Shown here: piece by piece, positions 31,146 to 45,870 of the stretch
How positions within the stretch are numbered: position 1 is the first letter of the stretch
How the letters are laid out: the number at the start of each line of letters is the position of its first letter
DNA from: the human T2T-CHM13v2.0 reference genome, Homo sapiens
Assembly: GCF_009914755.1 (NCBI RefSeq)
Contig: NC_060932.1
DNA: 64,000 nucleotides
Direction: 5' to 3' (one strand)
The notes under the pieces: generated by a model
The model's database searches: none
Told to the model about the DNA's origin: nothing
Seen by the model: only the letters and a program-made list of their open reading frames with translations
Made by a program: the position numbers and the translations under genes

Positions 31146-32711
31146 ATGTAGAGGAACAGATTCAGCTTCTTTAGACACTTTATCACAGAAGTTGTTAAAA
31201 AGGAAAACATAAGATATCTCTTAGCATGGCAGTATAAGCTCCCTCAGCCTATCTTTCCTACTGATTATTCCTATATACTCTAGGAAAAATTCAAAAACAA
31301 ACAATTGACTACCCCCACATAAATGCATGTTCTCAACTTGTTTTAAAATAATTGAATTGCAAAATGACTTTAAGGCAGCTTTTAGAAATTTTTATGAGGT
31401 GCAAAGGAAAGCATACTAAATGAAAAGGCAATAAATCTCAATTGAGGAATAAAAAGTATAAAAAGAGTCAAATGGAATTTTAGAACTAAAAAATACAGTA
31501 CCTGAAGGAAGAAAACCATATTATGTGGGCTTAAAGGTAGCTTGGAGATGATAGAAGAAAGAGTTACTAAACTTGAACATAGATCAGTAGAAATTACTGA
31601 ATTTGAAAAAGAAAGGAAAAAAGTTTTTTTAAAAAGTGAACAGAGCTTCAATGATTGTAGAATAGAAAAGTCGAATATTGTGTACTACTTGGAGTTTCAG
31701 AAGGAGAGGATAAAAGGATTGGGATAGAAAAAAAAAAAAAGAGGAAATAACTACAGAAAACTTTGCAAATTTGGGGAAAGAGATAGTCTTTACGCATCCA
31801 AGAAGTTCACCTAATCCCAAACAGGATAAACCCAAAGTAACAAACATTTGGACACATTGTGATTAAAATATTGAAAACGAAAAATAAATTTTTTAAAATT
31901 TTGACAATTTTGACAGCAGATATAGGAAAAGACACATTCCATATAAGCAAATAATGATTTGAATTAGAGTAGATTTCTCATTAGAAACCACAGGAGACAG
32001 AAGACATTGGAACAATATTTTGGAAGTGCTAACATAAAAGAACTGTTAACCTAGTGAAGATACCCCACAGAAATGAAAGAGAAATAAACCCATTTTTAGA
32101 TGAAGAAAAGCTAAGAAAGTTTGTCACCAGCTGCTCTATTCTACAAGAAATGCTAAAGGAAATTCTGCAGGATGAAGGAAAATGATACTGGATGAAAAAT
32201 TAGATCTTTAGGAATGAAGGAAAACCAACAGAAGGGATAAATGGCTGGGTAAATATATTTTTTAAAAAACTACTTAAAAATATGTGTGACTCTTGAAATC
32301 AAAAAGCATAACATTGTCTGCTGGTTTTTTCAGTGTATGTAGATGTAGCATACAAGACAACTATAGCATTAAGGCTAGTGGAAGATGGAGTAAAAGAATC
32401 TATGGTTGCCAAGTTTCTACATATCATATGAAGTGGTACAATATAAACTCTTAAGTAGACCGAAAGTTTTGGTGCATATGTTTTACTCTCTTAGGACAAC
32501 TAATAAGAAAATGCAAAAATACAAAAGGATAAAGCCAAAAAGTCAATAGAGAAATTAAAATTAAATACTAAAAAATATTCAAAGAAGCCAAAAGAAGATG
32601 GGAAAAAGTAACAAAGGAACAAAAAATGGAGGGTAAAACAGTACAAAAAATAAAATGCTGGAGCTAAGCCAGCTATATTAATAATTACATGAAATATTTA
32701 TGGTCTCAATT

Positions 32712-32885
32712 AGGAATCTGCAAACTAATGCCCATAGGCCAAATTTGCCCACACTCCTTTTTTACATATTGTCTATGGTTTCTGCCATGCTACACCTGCA
32801 GAATTGAATAACGGAACAGTATGGCCCACAAAGCCTAGAGTATTTACTCTCTGGCCCTTCACAGAGAAAGTTCACAAATTATTGG
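32712..32885. mobile_element. MER58-like DNA transposon relic nested in L1M
   Basis: tggcccacaaagcctagagtatttactctctggcccttcacaga. Confidence 0.65.
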
Positions 32886-35192
32886 TGAAACACTCCAAGT
32901 AAAAGGCAAAGATCTACAGTGGGAAGTAAAGCAAGATGCTACCGTATAATACCTAAGATTGTATTTTACTTAAATATAAAGAAACGTTATAAATAGATGC
33001 ATAGTAAAAGATACACCATACAAACAGTCAGCATAAAAAGGCTGGACTTACTTATTTTAATCTTAGATAGAACAAATAAAAAGTGTGTTACCATAGATAG
33101 AGTGACATGAAACAAAAATTAACAGAATTAAGGGAAAAAGATAGAGAATTCTAGAATCGTAGTAGGAAATTTTTATAACACCTCTTTCAGCAATGGATAA
33201 AACAACTGGATTAAAAATAAATAATTGAAGATATAGAAGATATGAAAATACTATGCACTCACCTTGATCTAATTGGCATTTATAGAACAGTATATCCAAC
33301 AACCGTAGAATGTGCTTTTTTACAGATATACATGGTCTCATTTTTAAGAGGATCAAAAATCACATGAAAGTATTATTTGACCACAGTCAAATTAGAAATT
33401 AATAATAATAAAATAGCTAGAAAAACTTTAAATATGTGGACATTAAACAACATGCTTCTAAATAATTTATGGAACAAAGACATAATTATTTGGGAAATTA
33501 GAAAATATTGAATGACACTAAAAAAAAAACTGGATAAGCTAAGGCAATGTTTAGAGGGAAATATAACTTTAAAGACATATTAGAAAGGAAGAAAGATCTT
33601 AAATCAGCCATTTAAGGTTCAATTTTAGAAAGCTAAGAAAAGAACAAGAGAAACCCAAAGTAAGTAAAAAGAAGAAGATAATAAAGATATGAGCAGAGAT
33701 GAATGGAACAGTTAACAAAAAAGTGAGCAAGAGATAGAAAATTAATAAACTGATTCTTTTAAAAGATCAACAAAATTGACAGTTCCTTAGCTAGACTGAA
33801 ATAATAGAGAGGGAGAAAAAAATGCAAACTACTAATATCATGAATAAAGGGGAGCTGATAACATTAAAAGCATAATAAGAAAATAATGAACAACTTTATG
33901 CCAACAAATGCAACAACTTAGATGAAATGGAAATTTTCATTGGAAAAGAATTCCATCAAAGTTGACACAAGAAGAAAAGAGCAAAACCAAATAGCTCTAT
34001 ATCTTTTAAGAAAATTGAATGTGATGTCAAAAACTTTCCCATGGAGAAAACTTCCAATCTAGATGGATGAATTCTATCAAATATTCTGGAAAAAATAACA
34101 TAAATTTTTCACAAATGTTTTCCCAGAAATGAAGCCTGAAGCATCCCTGCCCAACTGGTTTTATGAAGCTAGCATAACTCTAATAACAAAACTTCAAAAA
34201 GACTTTACAAAAGAAGGAAACTAGGTATTAATATCCCTCATGAAAATGATATATAAGTTCTTAACCAAATGTTAACAAATCAAAGATAACAATATCTAAA
34301 AGGCATAATATATATATTATACGTAATGGCCAACTAGGAATTATCTTAAAAATGCAAGTTTGGTTTAACATTCAAAAATCATTCAATATAATTTACCATA
34401 ATAACAAAACAAAGGAGAAAAATCATATGATCATCTCAATAAATTCAAGTGAGACATTTGACAGAATTCAACATGCATTCATGATGAAAAGTCTCAGCAA
34501 ATTACAAGTAGGAGGTAACATTCTCAAACTGATAGAGATCATATAAGGGAAAACAATGGTAAATATCATACGTAATGGTAAAATATTGAATTGTTTCCCA
34601 CTAAGATCAGGAAAAAGTCCAGGATTTCTGCTTTCAATTCTATTCTGTATCATACTAGAGTTCCTAACCATTACAATAAACCAAGAAGAATTAATAAAAG
34701 ATATAAAGATAAGAAATGAAGAAGTAAAACTGTTTGCATGTAACATATTTTATAGAAAACCCCAAAGGAGTCTAATAAACTATTACTAAAACTAACAAAA
34801 CTCACCAAGCTTTTATGAGACAAAGTTAATGTATTAAAACCATTTGTATTTTTATGTACTAGCAGCAAACAACCGGAAAATGGAATGAAATCAACTTCAC
34901 TCTTTACTAACATCCAAGAAACATAAATGAATAAATCTAACAAAAGATATCTAAGACCTCTATCCTGAAAACCATAAAGCGTTGCTGAGAAAACTTAACA
35001 CCTGAAAGAAGTAAAGAGATATATCTCCTCATAGTTTGGAAGACTCAAATTGTTGATGGCTTATTGATCTTGATATTGGGCGTAATCAAGTTTAAAAAAA
35101 TACTTTTTGAATGACACATTGAGATAGCAGAAAGCCCGACATTTGGAGAAGGTGTTTACAAGACATTCTTCAAACAATGGACTGTTATCCAA

Positions 35193-35496
35193 TTTTTTTT
35201 TTTTTTTTTTTTTGTGGAGACAGAGTCTCCCTCTGTTGCCCAGGGTGGAGTGCAGTGATGTGATCTCGGCTCACTGCAACCTCCTCCTCGCAGGTTCAAG
35301 CGATTCTCCTGCCTTAGCTTCCTGAGTAGCTGGGATCACAGGTGTGTGCCACCACACCTGGCTAATTTTTGTATTTTTGTAGAGACAGGGTTTCACCTGT
35401 TGACCAGGCTGGTCTCAAACTCCCAATTTCAAGCAATCCACCTGCCTCGGCCTCCCAAAGTGCTGGGATTACAGGCATGAGCCACTGCACCCGGAC
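35193..35496 (-). mobile_element. AluS (Sx/Sz-like) nested in L1M
   Basis: Full antisense Alu with a long T tail. Confidence 0.92.
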
Positions 35497-38400
35497 TAAA
35501 AATTTTTTCTACTCAATAACATGAAGATGAACAATAAATGATAAACATAAAGACAAATAATGGGGAAAAGACTTGAGCAGATACTTCACAAAATACTTAT
35601 TTGAATAGTCAATAAGCATATGAAAATATGCCCAATATCATTATCAGGGGAAAAACGTCATGAAGAAATAGAAATACACACCTATTAGACTGGCTAAAAT
35701 AAATGATAGACTCAATATGTGGACCAACTGGAACTCATCATACACCGCTTGTGAGAATGTAAAAATGATGTAACAACATTGGAAACCCCTTGACAATTTC
35801 TGAAAAAGTTCAGCACACACTTATCATACAACCCAGCGATTTCTCCCTATGTATTTCCTCTGAGAAACAAAAATATATATCCACAAAAGGTCTTTTACAC
35901 AGATGTATATAGCAGCTTTATTTGTATAGCCCCAAACTGGACACAACTCACATGTTTATCATCAGGTGAATTAGTAAAAAAATTATGGCCTACTCATACC
36001 AAGGTAATACTAATCAGCCATTAAAGGGCTGAATTATTGATAAAATGCAAAATCATTGACGAATCTTGAAATCATTATGCTGACTGAAAGAAGCCAAGTG
36101 GAAAAAGAGTTCTTACTCCATAATTCCATTTACATAAAATGTTAAAATATGCAGATTACTATTAATATATAGTGATAGAAAGTAGGTTACTTGTTGCCTG
36201 GAAGTAGAACAGCGAGAGAGAATAAAGAGGGGGTGATAGGAAGAGGACATATTACAAAGGGATATGAAGATATTTTTGGAAGATACAGAACTGTTGTTTT
36301 TCTAAAGTCATAGTTTATACTTAGTGGTAGCTCAGTGTCTCTCTAAAGCTACATATAATAGACAGCCCCCTGCTACTTGGAGTTATCTACCAAAGTTCTT
36401 ATAATTTAGGAAAGATAATTGTAGCTGTGAGAGGATAGTCCTACTCCACATGTTCTAGTTATCCATAGCTGTCCTAGCTAACACAAAAAATATTCTTAGA
36501 CTCCACTATTATTCATATTTTTAAAATTTTCTTTACTTTGAGATACTTAATAGTTTTGTGATTTTTATGGTGTTACTAAATGTAATACTTTGGCTCAAAA
36601 CTAGAGTACTTGGTATATTCTCTAGCTATCCACATTGTTTGGAGCTAAGCTCAGATTTTGTTGTTGTTTAAATGTAAACCAGCTCTAAGCAAAGTCATCA
36701 GCTAGATGGGGCTTGTGTTTGGCCTTGTATTTCCTTCCTATGTCTGTTCCTTCCCTGTTGTCCTTTCTTCAGTTATCTGGCTTCCAGAGTCACCTGGTTC
36801 CCAGTGCCACCTTTCTCCTGTTCTCCTGATGCCAAGAACCTTTTTTTCTAGAATTACTCCAAGGATGAATGAACCTTATGCACTGAGAGTTCATTTTTAC
36901 TCGAAATGTAGTAACTCTTATCTCTTTATGTAATTCTACTTTATAAATCCCATAAAATCCTTGGAGTTACTCAATAAATCCTCATAAACAAAATTGTGTT
37001 AAACTGTCACCACCTGGTGTAACCAACATTGATCACAAGGTTGTTGGGAAGTCTGAAATATTTATGAAAATATTTTGTAAACACTGAAATGTTATATGAA
37101 TATCATTTTATTAGTGTAGACTGACTCTGATTAAAATGTGAGACCATCTTTGCAAATTGGTATGAACATCCCTGGTGAAATGTAGCAACATTCCTGAAGA
37201 GATGTGAAACCACAAAATAACAGCACTGAAGAATCTATATAAACTAAAAGACTTGGAGAGGGATTAATACTCTTTGATATCTTCAAGTGAGAGATTAACC
37301 TAAATTTTAATGACAAAACATGAGACTCTAAATAAACCTCTTTGTTTTGAGTGATTGCTTTAGCTTATGCTTCCAGACTCTCTTTGGATGCTTTCAAAAT
37401 TCCAAAGGATGGCTTGATTTTTTTTTTTTTTCCATATGCAGTAAGCAAATTCTTATTGAGCGCTACGTGTAAGGCAGACATGAAGATGAATAAAACAAAC
37501 ACGCAAAGAACGCCATATCTACATACCTCATAATCCAACTATTGAAAGCCACAAGTAAAGAACAAATATTGAATATATCACAAGAAAATACATGTATGAT
37601 ACCTTACGTTCAGGGGAACCAAGATTTGATTAACAGCTTACTTCTCGTAAGAAACCACGAAGGCCAGAAGAACATCTTTAAATTAGGAAAATAAAAAATA
37701 AAACGTTGCAATCAATTTAGAAGTTCTTAATTAAGCAAAAATAACTTTTATAAATGAAAACTAAAGAAAAACATTTTCAGAGAAAAGACTCTATCACCAG
37801 TAGGAACTGCATACAGGAAGTACTAAGGAACATTTTTCATGCTGAAAGGAAATGACACCAGATGGCTGAGCATCTCTTCAAATGTTTATTGGCCATTGAG
37901 TTTGCTCATTCGTGAATTGACAGTTTACATTAATTTATATTTTTCTAATTACTAATAAGATTGAGCTTTTTTCACATGTTTATTTTCCAGTGAATTTGCT
38001 CTTTTGTGATTTGTTAATTCATATCATTTAGCCAGTCTTCTATTAAATTCATTTTTCTTAGCAATTTGTAAAAGCTTTCTTTAGGCTCTATAAATACAAA
38101 CCCCATAACTGTAATGCAGTTCATTTGCTTTTAAACTTTTTGACATCTTCTGCCAGAAATTTAATCTTTCATGGTCAAAGATACCTATATATTCCTTTTT
38201 ATTTTCTGGGTATCCTGTCTTAAAAGGAGTATCATGGACCCCTAAAATGCACGCAGACATACACATGACCTAAAAATGTCTTTTACTGTTTTTTCTTTTA
38301 AAATTAATGTCTCAGAATTTCTTTCTTGTGCTTTCTCATTTATCCATCTGTTTTTGTTGTTTGCTTTTTGTTTTTAAAATATATTTGTTGTAAGGAAGAG

Positions 38401-38987
38401 GAGCAAATCAATACTTCTTGTCCTTTTTATACCATTGGCTAAAAGCCGTGAGCCAATTCTCAGAATATTATATAGACCCATTAAGATTGCATACTGAGGT
38501 ATACTGTCAGAAGGTTTGTGAGCTTTTGACTGTAGCCAGTGTGTACGTTTCTTGATTACATTTTATGGAAATAATTCCTACTTAAATACCTTTCTTTGAC
38601 TTATCCATTAGGATGACATCAGAATTGTGACCCTTGTACACTATTGAATCTATTTCATTGTTGCCTAGATAGAGTACCTTCATGTAGTTAATGTACTTTA
38701 AAAATAGAGAAGGCTATGTATGTAAGGTAGGCTGAGAGCAAATTTATTACTGTATCAGACATTACTGTCTGTCTATGTTATTCCTGGAACTTTCATTGCC
38801 ATTCAGTGTTCTTAGACACTGTGTATATTTATCTGGGTTGAATATTTGGTGCTTTCGTGACTAGAAGAGATTTCTGTTATCCATTCCCTTCATCTTAACT
38901 ATGTGACCAAAGTTACCCTGTTTCCTTTAATGTCTTTAGACACCAGTATCTCAGACCCTAAATACTATGCTTATTCCAAAGTTAAAT

Positions 38988-39115
38988 GAGCCTGTCCTGT
39001 AATCCCAGCGACTTGGTAGGCTAAGGTGGGAGGATCACTTGAGCTCAGGAGTTTGAGACCACTTGAGCAACATAACAACATGCTGTCTTTATTTAAAAAA
39101 AAAAAAGAAAAAAGA
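38988..39115 (+). mobile_element. FLAM/Alu left monomer
   Basis: cctgtaatcccagc...gggaggatcacttgagctcaggagtttgagacc plus A-tail. Confidence 0.8.
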
Positions 39116-39418
39116 AGCCCATAGAATCTTTTTTTTTTTTAATGTGATGAAACTTCTGTTTACCTTTGGCCAACAAACTGATACATTGTTTTCTTATAGG
39201 CATTCACAGGAACATAACACTTTCTTAGCATTTTGGGGTTTATATATGTGGAACTGAGAAAGAACAGATTTATGCCAGTTTTCTATTCATTTATTTATCG
39301 TTTTTATTGCTGTTATGTTGATCAGTTTGCTGTATAAGAACACAGGCTTTGAGTTTAGACAAAACTGGATTTGTATCCTTGCACCACTCACCCATTTTTT
39401 ATTTCTCTGAGCTCTTGA

Positions 39419-39792
<374 letters not shown>

Positions 39793-40454
39793 TAAACTGG
39801 ACAAGTGTAATCTTTTATGTGAAAAGTTGTTTTTGTGTAAAAAAAAAAAAAACAAGTTTCTGAAACTGAGTTTTAATGATTAGTAACAACCTACATGCCA
39901 AATGAAATAGTTTTTCTAAGATTGTATTAACTTAGAGCTCTCTGCATTGTTCAACCCAGATCACTAAATTGATTGGTGAAATTCCGTTTCTCCTTGATTT
40001 CTGTTGACATTGTATATCCATGTTTTTTCTTCTTCCTCTCTACCTTTAGTGATTCTATTCTGACGCTATCTCCTGATACTCTGCAAAATGGGCCCTTCCT
40101 CTCTAGCCACCTAGGGACTCTTCATCAGCCCTGTATCTTGTCTTGATCATCCCCTGCGCTTGGCTTTTGTTCATTCTGTATTTCTGAGTAGAATGACTTT
40201 GTACTCATCTAAATCCTGTCTCTCCTTCAGGAATATACCTTGAGGCTTTTCTCAGCCTCTCCAGTGAAATTGAATCTTTTTTATGAACAGCTATAGATTA
40301 AATGAAAAAAGTGTGTGAATAAATTTTTTAAACATAATGTTACATATTTATATTCAGTCAGCATTCAATACACAAGACATTGTTGATATTCAGACACCTT
40401 CATACAGAACTCATGTAAAGCCACCTCACATGGTATTTATTTTTTAGGGATTTT

Positions 40455-41125
40455 TAAAAAATGTTTTATTGAGGTTTACTTAACATACAATAAACTGCAT
40501 GTTTAAATTAGCTAATTTGTTAAGATTTGGCATACATACACACATGAAACTACGCCCACAATCTAACATCTTCAAGTTTCTTTATGTTCTTATGCAGTCC
40601 TCCCTCCCATTCCTCCCCATCACAGGTACCATTGTTTCTGTCATTATAGACTAATTTTTGTTTGTTTTTCTTAGCCTAGCTTCTTTCATTCTGCATAATT
40701 ATTTTCAGATTAATTCACATTGTTGCATGCATCAATAGTTTATTTCTTTTTATGGCTAAACAGCATCCTGTCATGTGAATGTACTTCAATTTGTTAACTA
40801 CCTGTCAATGTATATTTGGGATTTTCTCCAATTTTTGCCTATTACAAATAATGCTGCCATGAACATTTGTGTACACATCTTTGTATGGACATAGGCTTCA
40901 TTTTTCTTAGGAAACTACTTAGGAGTGGAATAGCTGGATCATATACGGTAGGTATATGCTCTTTTTAAAAACTGTCAAATCGTATTCTAAATTTTACATT
41001 CCTACCAGCAGAAAATGAGAGCGTTAGTTACTCTACATCCTTACTAATACTTGATGTAGTTAGGCTTTTTAATTTTAGACATTCTAAACATGGGAAGTGG
41101 TAGTTCATTGTGGCTTTACTTGGCA
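40455..41125 (-). mobile_element. L1M (MC/MD-type) 3' fragment
   Basis: ttttattgaggtttacttaacatacaataaactgca ... ctattacaaataatgctgccatgaacatttgtg. Confidence 0.7.
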
Positions 41126-42603
41126 TAGTGTTTTAGCACAACTTGAAGGATAAAAGTTGAACATTTATCCTACATGTTTTTGCCTTATTTCTTTAAACCT
41201 CTGAATTTGGAAAGTCTGAGTTCTGTTAGCAACTTTCTTCTTTGAAAATAAAAATACGTTTAAAGTGTGTGTCATGGTTTGCATGGCACTTTAAACACAC
41301 AGTGTACTCGTTGCCATTCAGGCACAGTATTTTCTAACACTTAAAGGAATCAGAAGTAGTGACAATAAAAGCAGCATCATTTCTCTTAAATAAATACCCT
41401 TAGAAATACTTAGAACCTGTTTTGGCTTTTTGTTATTGTTGTTTGCACTCTCTTTATTTATCAGTTCTAATTATTTAAGAAAAAGCAAAATAATCTTTTT
41501 AAAAACTGGTTTGCAACAAAGTTGTTTCTCTATAGAGAGAAACATTCATAATTATGAAGGACAAAAGAATTTGAACAAATATTTTTCTAAGACCTTTTTA
41601 ATAAGATTTTTAGCTACTAGATTACTTTTAAACAAAAATAGCTGTAACCTGAGATTTGAAACTTCATTACACAAAAAACAGGAGAAAATTGTACACCCAA
41701 GTACTGTTTTATATCAAATGAGGATTGACAATAGTGTTTTTATGCATCTGTTCTGCCCACATAAGAAGCCAGCTTCATCATCTGGATGTGTCCTGGGGCT
41801 GAAACTTTTTATAAATACGAGAATTTCACTTTTTTAAAATGGCAAGCAGAATATGGTGTCCAGCTGTGGATTTGCTTACATATTGTGCTTGCATTTTTTC
41901 TTCCTGGGCTTGTTTTATACAGTATATGGCACTACGTTGTCATACAAATTTCATGATTAATGCTTATTTATGAAATCTTGTGTAAATATCTTAGGACTCA
42001 GTCAAACAATGTGCAAATTAAACAGTTTTTTCTCCGAATATTGGAATGACATCTCCTTTGGTAATAGTAGATTGGATATGTTCTTTATCTATTAAAAAAA
42101 AGTCTCATATGTAACATTTGCCTTTTACTGTTCAATGTTATATCATTCTTTTTAAATTTGTTTTGTGGGACAAGAAATCCAGTTTCAAGAAATCACAGAG
42201 AAAATTAGATGTGGAAATTAAGATGGTAGTTATTTCATATTATGCTAAATAATTACATTTACTAGAACGCCTTTGTTTTTTAATTTTGATTCTGTCCTCT
42301 GGTTGAGAGGCATTTGTATGTGTTCTATTGTTCACATATTGAAATCAATCTACTGTTTGCTAATAAGCTGTGCTTACATTACTGTGGTTTTAATCCACAG
42401 GAATGCTAGGTTGATGAAAATATCACAGAGTGAGTATGAAGCAAATTTCAAGTGTAAGTTAAAGTGATCAGTGATGCATTGGTAGAGTTTGTTTTATAAA
42501 TTTTATTTCTCTGGAATAGTTAATTTTCTCATATTATTATTTTAGTGGATTGAAACTGGAAGTTGAAAGACTTGTTTTCTTTTCTTTTTTCTTATGCTCT
42601 CAG

Positions 42604-42807
42604 GTCCAGCTCTTCTATGAACTAACTGATATCATGAATAAGGTCTGGAACAAGATTCAGAAGAGAGGCAATCTCAACCTATCTCCAACCTCTCCAGAGA
42701 CCATGGCAGGGCCTGTTCCTACTTCTCCAGTTAGAAGCAGTATAGGCACAGCTCCTCCAGATACCAGCACATGCAGCCCATCTGCTGACATTGGGACTAC
42801 TACTGAG
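42604..42807 (+). CDS. VPS13B: VPS13B internal coding exon (204 bp, symmetric phase 0; probably exon 25)
   Basis: Long polypyrimidine tract ending ctctcag|GTCCAG; donor ACTGAG|gtaagt. Encodes VQLFYELTDIMNKVWNKIQKRGNLNLSPTSPETMAGPVPTSPVRSSIGTAPPDTSTCSPSADIGTTTE. Confidence 0.97.
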
Positions 42808-43199
42808 GTAAGTGTTTTTGAAAATCCTGTTACAAAATGAAGGTTAATATATAACACAGATTTCCAGATCATGGTTTAAAATGAAGATAACCTCACTACT
42901 GTGAAAACTGATAGATTCTGAAGGTTCAAGAGGAGCTGTGGCAGCAGTGACTGTCTATTCCTTTTAGCTACAAGAATTTCTGTTTTTAATCACTTTTAGC
43001 AGCTTATGGGGTAGTTCAGGATAGTGCAGGTTCTGTGAAATGGTGAAAACTGAGACACAGTAAAGGTATGTTTCCTCGGAAGTATGGAAATGTAGAAACT
43101 GAGTGAAAAAGAGACTCATGCTTCCCCTTTCCCTACCTCTGTTCCGCTACACCTTTTTTGAACCAGGTGACTATTATTATCTAGTCACCTGGTTTAGAT

Positions 43200-43975
43200 T
43201 AGTGGTTTTCAACCCTATCAGACCCAATGCCCTCTCCTCTTCCTCCCAATTATAAAAGCTTTTCTTTTTATTTTTAACGTCCTAACCTAGCATGCCAGTA
43301 CCTCTTTTGTATAAGAAATATTTTATAATGCCTCCTTTACTATCCTGATATGAAAATAAAAATATAACCAGAAATGAAAATGAAAAATAATGTAACTTAC
43401 ATATACATATAATTTCAAAAATATATAATGTCTTAAATAAAAGGAAAGTAATTTAAGATACAGTATTATGTACTTCAATATATAAATGCCTGGGCATGAC
43501 TACATTAGAAGACATAACGGAATAGTCACATGCAATTACTGTGAATATGATGGCTGCAAATAGACTTGTACAGGTCTGTATTTAGTACCACAAGTGGTAT
43601 TGCTGTTGGTGACATGATTTTCTAAACTAGTGACAAACTCTTGGTAAAGTTTCAAACACAACACAGTTCAATCTTTCATTATAGTAGTTGAATTTTGGAA
43701 CTTCTAGTGTATATTGAAATCATGCAAAAATGAAGAAAAAAGTGTTTAGATTTGAAACATTTTATAAACAGGATTTTTATCTATGTGAATATGTATGAGA
43801 CAGTCTTCATTTTTCAGGACTGCCCTATTCTACACAGGATCTCTTGAACCCCTAACTCCTAACCTTTAAATCCCAATAATGATACACAAACATTGAGTCA
43901 ACAAAAAATACCCCCATTCATTTCTAAAACATTGCTTAGAGAACAGAACTTTCCCCAACGAGAGCAACTGTTCTA
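43200..43975. mobile_element. Probable hAT-Charlie DNA transposon relic
   Basis: Start agtggttttcaacc and end cgagagcaactg resemble Charlie-type termini; interior not identified. Confidence 0.45.
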
Positions 43976-45819
43976 TAGTAGATGGAGGTAGAAGTTAACG
44001 TTTTTTTGTTTCTGCATAAAGACACCATTTCCTCTGGGAATAAAGCTATTGGCAAAATACAGAATGGGATAAGAATCAAGTAAACGGGATGTTAATGTCT
44101 TTCATCTTACAAATCAGTAAAAGCAAACAAACTCAGTTAAAAGGGCAAATTTCAGCTGCTATAAAGCATTTAACACTTTAGAGTACATCTATTTAACCCC
44201 CTGTACAAGCAACTTTTCTATCTTGCCCATTCCAAATCTTAAGAATCACAGTAACCTAGGTGATAAGATTATTCTTTCTCTTTTTTCTTTTTTCTTCCCA
44301 AATGAGGAAGCGATAGGAAGTCTAGAAATGAGCCTGTATCAAGTTAATGGGACGTATCGTTTCTAGAGTAAAAGCAGTGAATTCTTTCTTGAAGAGTTCC
44401 AATATTATTAGCATAAAAAATCTTTTAGAATTCCTGCAGTAAAAAAAGCTATTTAACTTTATTGAATACAGCAGTTTCCACACTTACTTAACCAAAAGTT
44501 CATCTTTCTCAGTCTGCCTATTAACACTTTACAAAATATATTTTGTGAAATCCTTTGGTAGAGTAATCAAAGTTTAAGGTAATCAGTTGCTAGACAAAGA
44601 TAATACAAGTGAAAATGATAAATACAGTTAAATCTTAGAGACATTTTAGTGGCTGAAAGGAGAGTGTTCCATTAAACAGTTGTTTTCTAAGTACTGTGTG
44701 TACAGGAATGTCTAGAAAAACATGACATCCATTTTGGAGTGCTCACTCAACTCTTTTGGAAATGTGTTTTTTTGAAAGAAACATTTAAAAGACATTTCAA
44801 GTCCAGGAAAGACAGGGCTCACATGAAATGGTGACAGCTTTTGGTCATACATCTAGAGACTGCCGTTCATGCAAGGTATAGTGTGAATCCTACACTCTAG
44901 CATTGTGCAGTGTACAAACAACACAAAAGGACATGATGGCCCTGATGTGAAATGTAATAAAAATAAAATAAAATAAAAACATGCCCTACATTTATAGAGG
45001 AAGGATTAATAAATTCATTCTAAGAGGTCTGTGGCTATTTTGTGGAGAAAATAATATTTGAGATGATGGATATTTAAAAATGAGTAAGACATGAATAACA
45101 ATTTTGTTTTACTAGATGTATAATAATACATACTAGAAGAATAGTATCTTCATCAGCCAAAGTGAAGAAGTTAAGAAAGGGGAAAATTTTGCTAAATTGC
45201 TTAAAAAGAATTAATTCTGATTTTAATAATACCCTTATATGACTGAAATTCATTTCAAATTAGAAAGTTGAGGATTTTTTCTGATTGGGTTATAAAGACA
45301 AGTAATGAAAATGCTCATAGTAGATTTGTTTGTTTTGTACTATCTATAGATTTAATCTGATCTGTATCAGATTTGAAAGATCTGAAAATGACAAAATTTT
45401 CAAAATGTACCCTCTTCTCTTATTTATATAGTGTGGTCAAGAAAAGAGGTGATTACTACTAGTCCAATATCAATTTGAAATCCACTTAGGAAGATTATTT
45501 GCTGAGAAGTACCTTAAAACAATTTAGCTGATTTGTTTTTCATAAAGGGCAGGAAGATTTTTATGAAGATGGTTATTCACTATTGAAGCTACTGAATGAA
45601 AACAATGACTATGTTTTCTTATGTCATCATTTACTGGCTAATTTTGAAAGAGGTAAATTTAAACCCAGATGCACACATAGTTAATCTTAATCTACCTGTA
45701 AATATTTTTTGAGAGCAAGAATAGAAATTAAACATGAAATATTCGATAGACAAACACCTCCTTATAGGTTGCAAGGTAAAGTTAGATCAATGCCTTAAAA
45801 TTGATCATCATATCATAAC

Positions 45820-45870
45820 CATCTGGGTGACAGAGTGAGACTGTGTCCTGTCTCAAAAAAAAAAAAAAAA
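45820..45870 (+). mobile_element. Alu 3' terminal fragment
   Basis: ctgggtgacagagtgagactgtgtcctgtctc followed by A16. Confidence 0.8.

Larger units (their letters stand above)
31390..36300 (+). mobile_element. Long ancient L1M relic (ORF1 to 3'UTR, degenerate)
   Basis: A-rich sense L1 text; ORFs 34352 (WFNIQKS...NHMIISI) and 34556 (FPLRSG...EEVKL) match the L1 RT region; ORF 31542 resembles the ORF1 coiled coil. Confidence 0.85.

Noticed and set aside
37775-37865. Similarity to 32090-32195 suggesting a local duplication
   Set aside because: Low identity; better explained as independent ancient L1M fragments.
41430-41837. 135-aa ORF
   Set aside because: Non-ATG start, AT-biased composition, no homology recognised.
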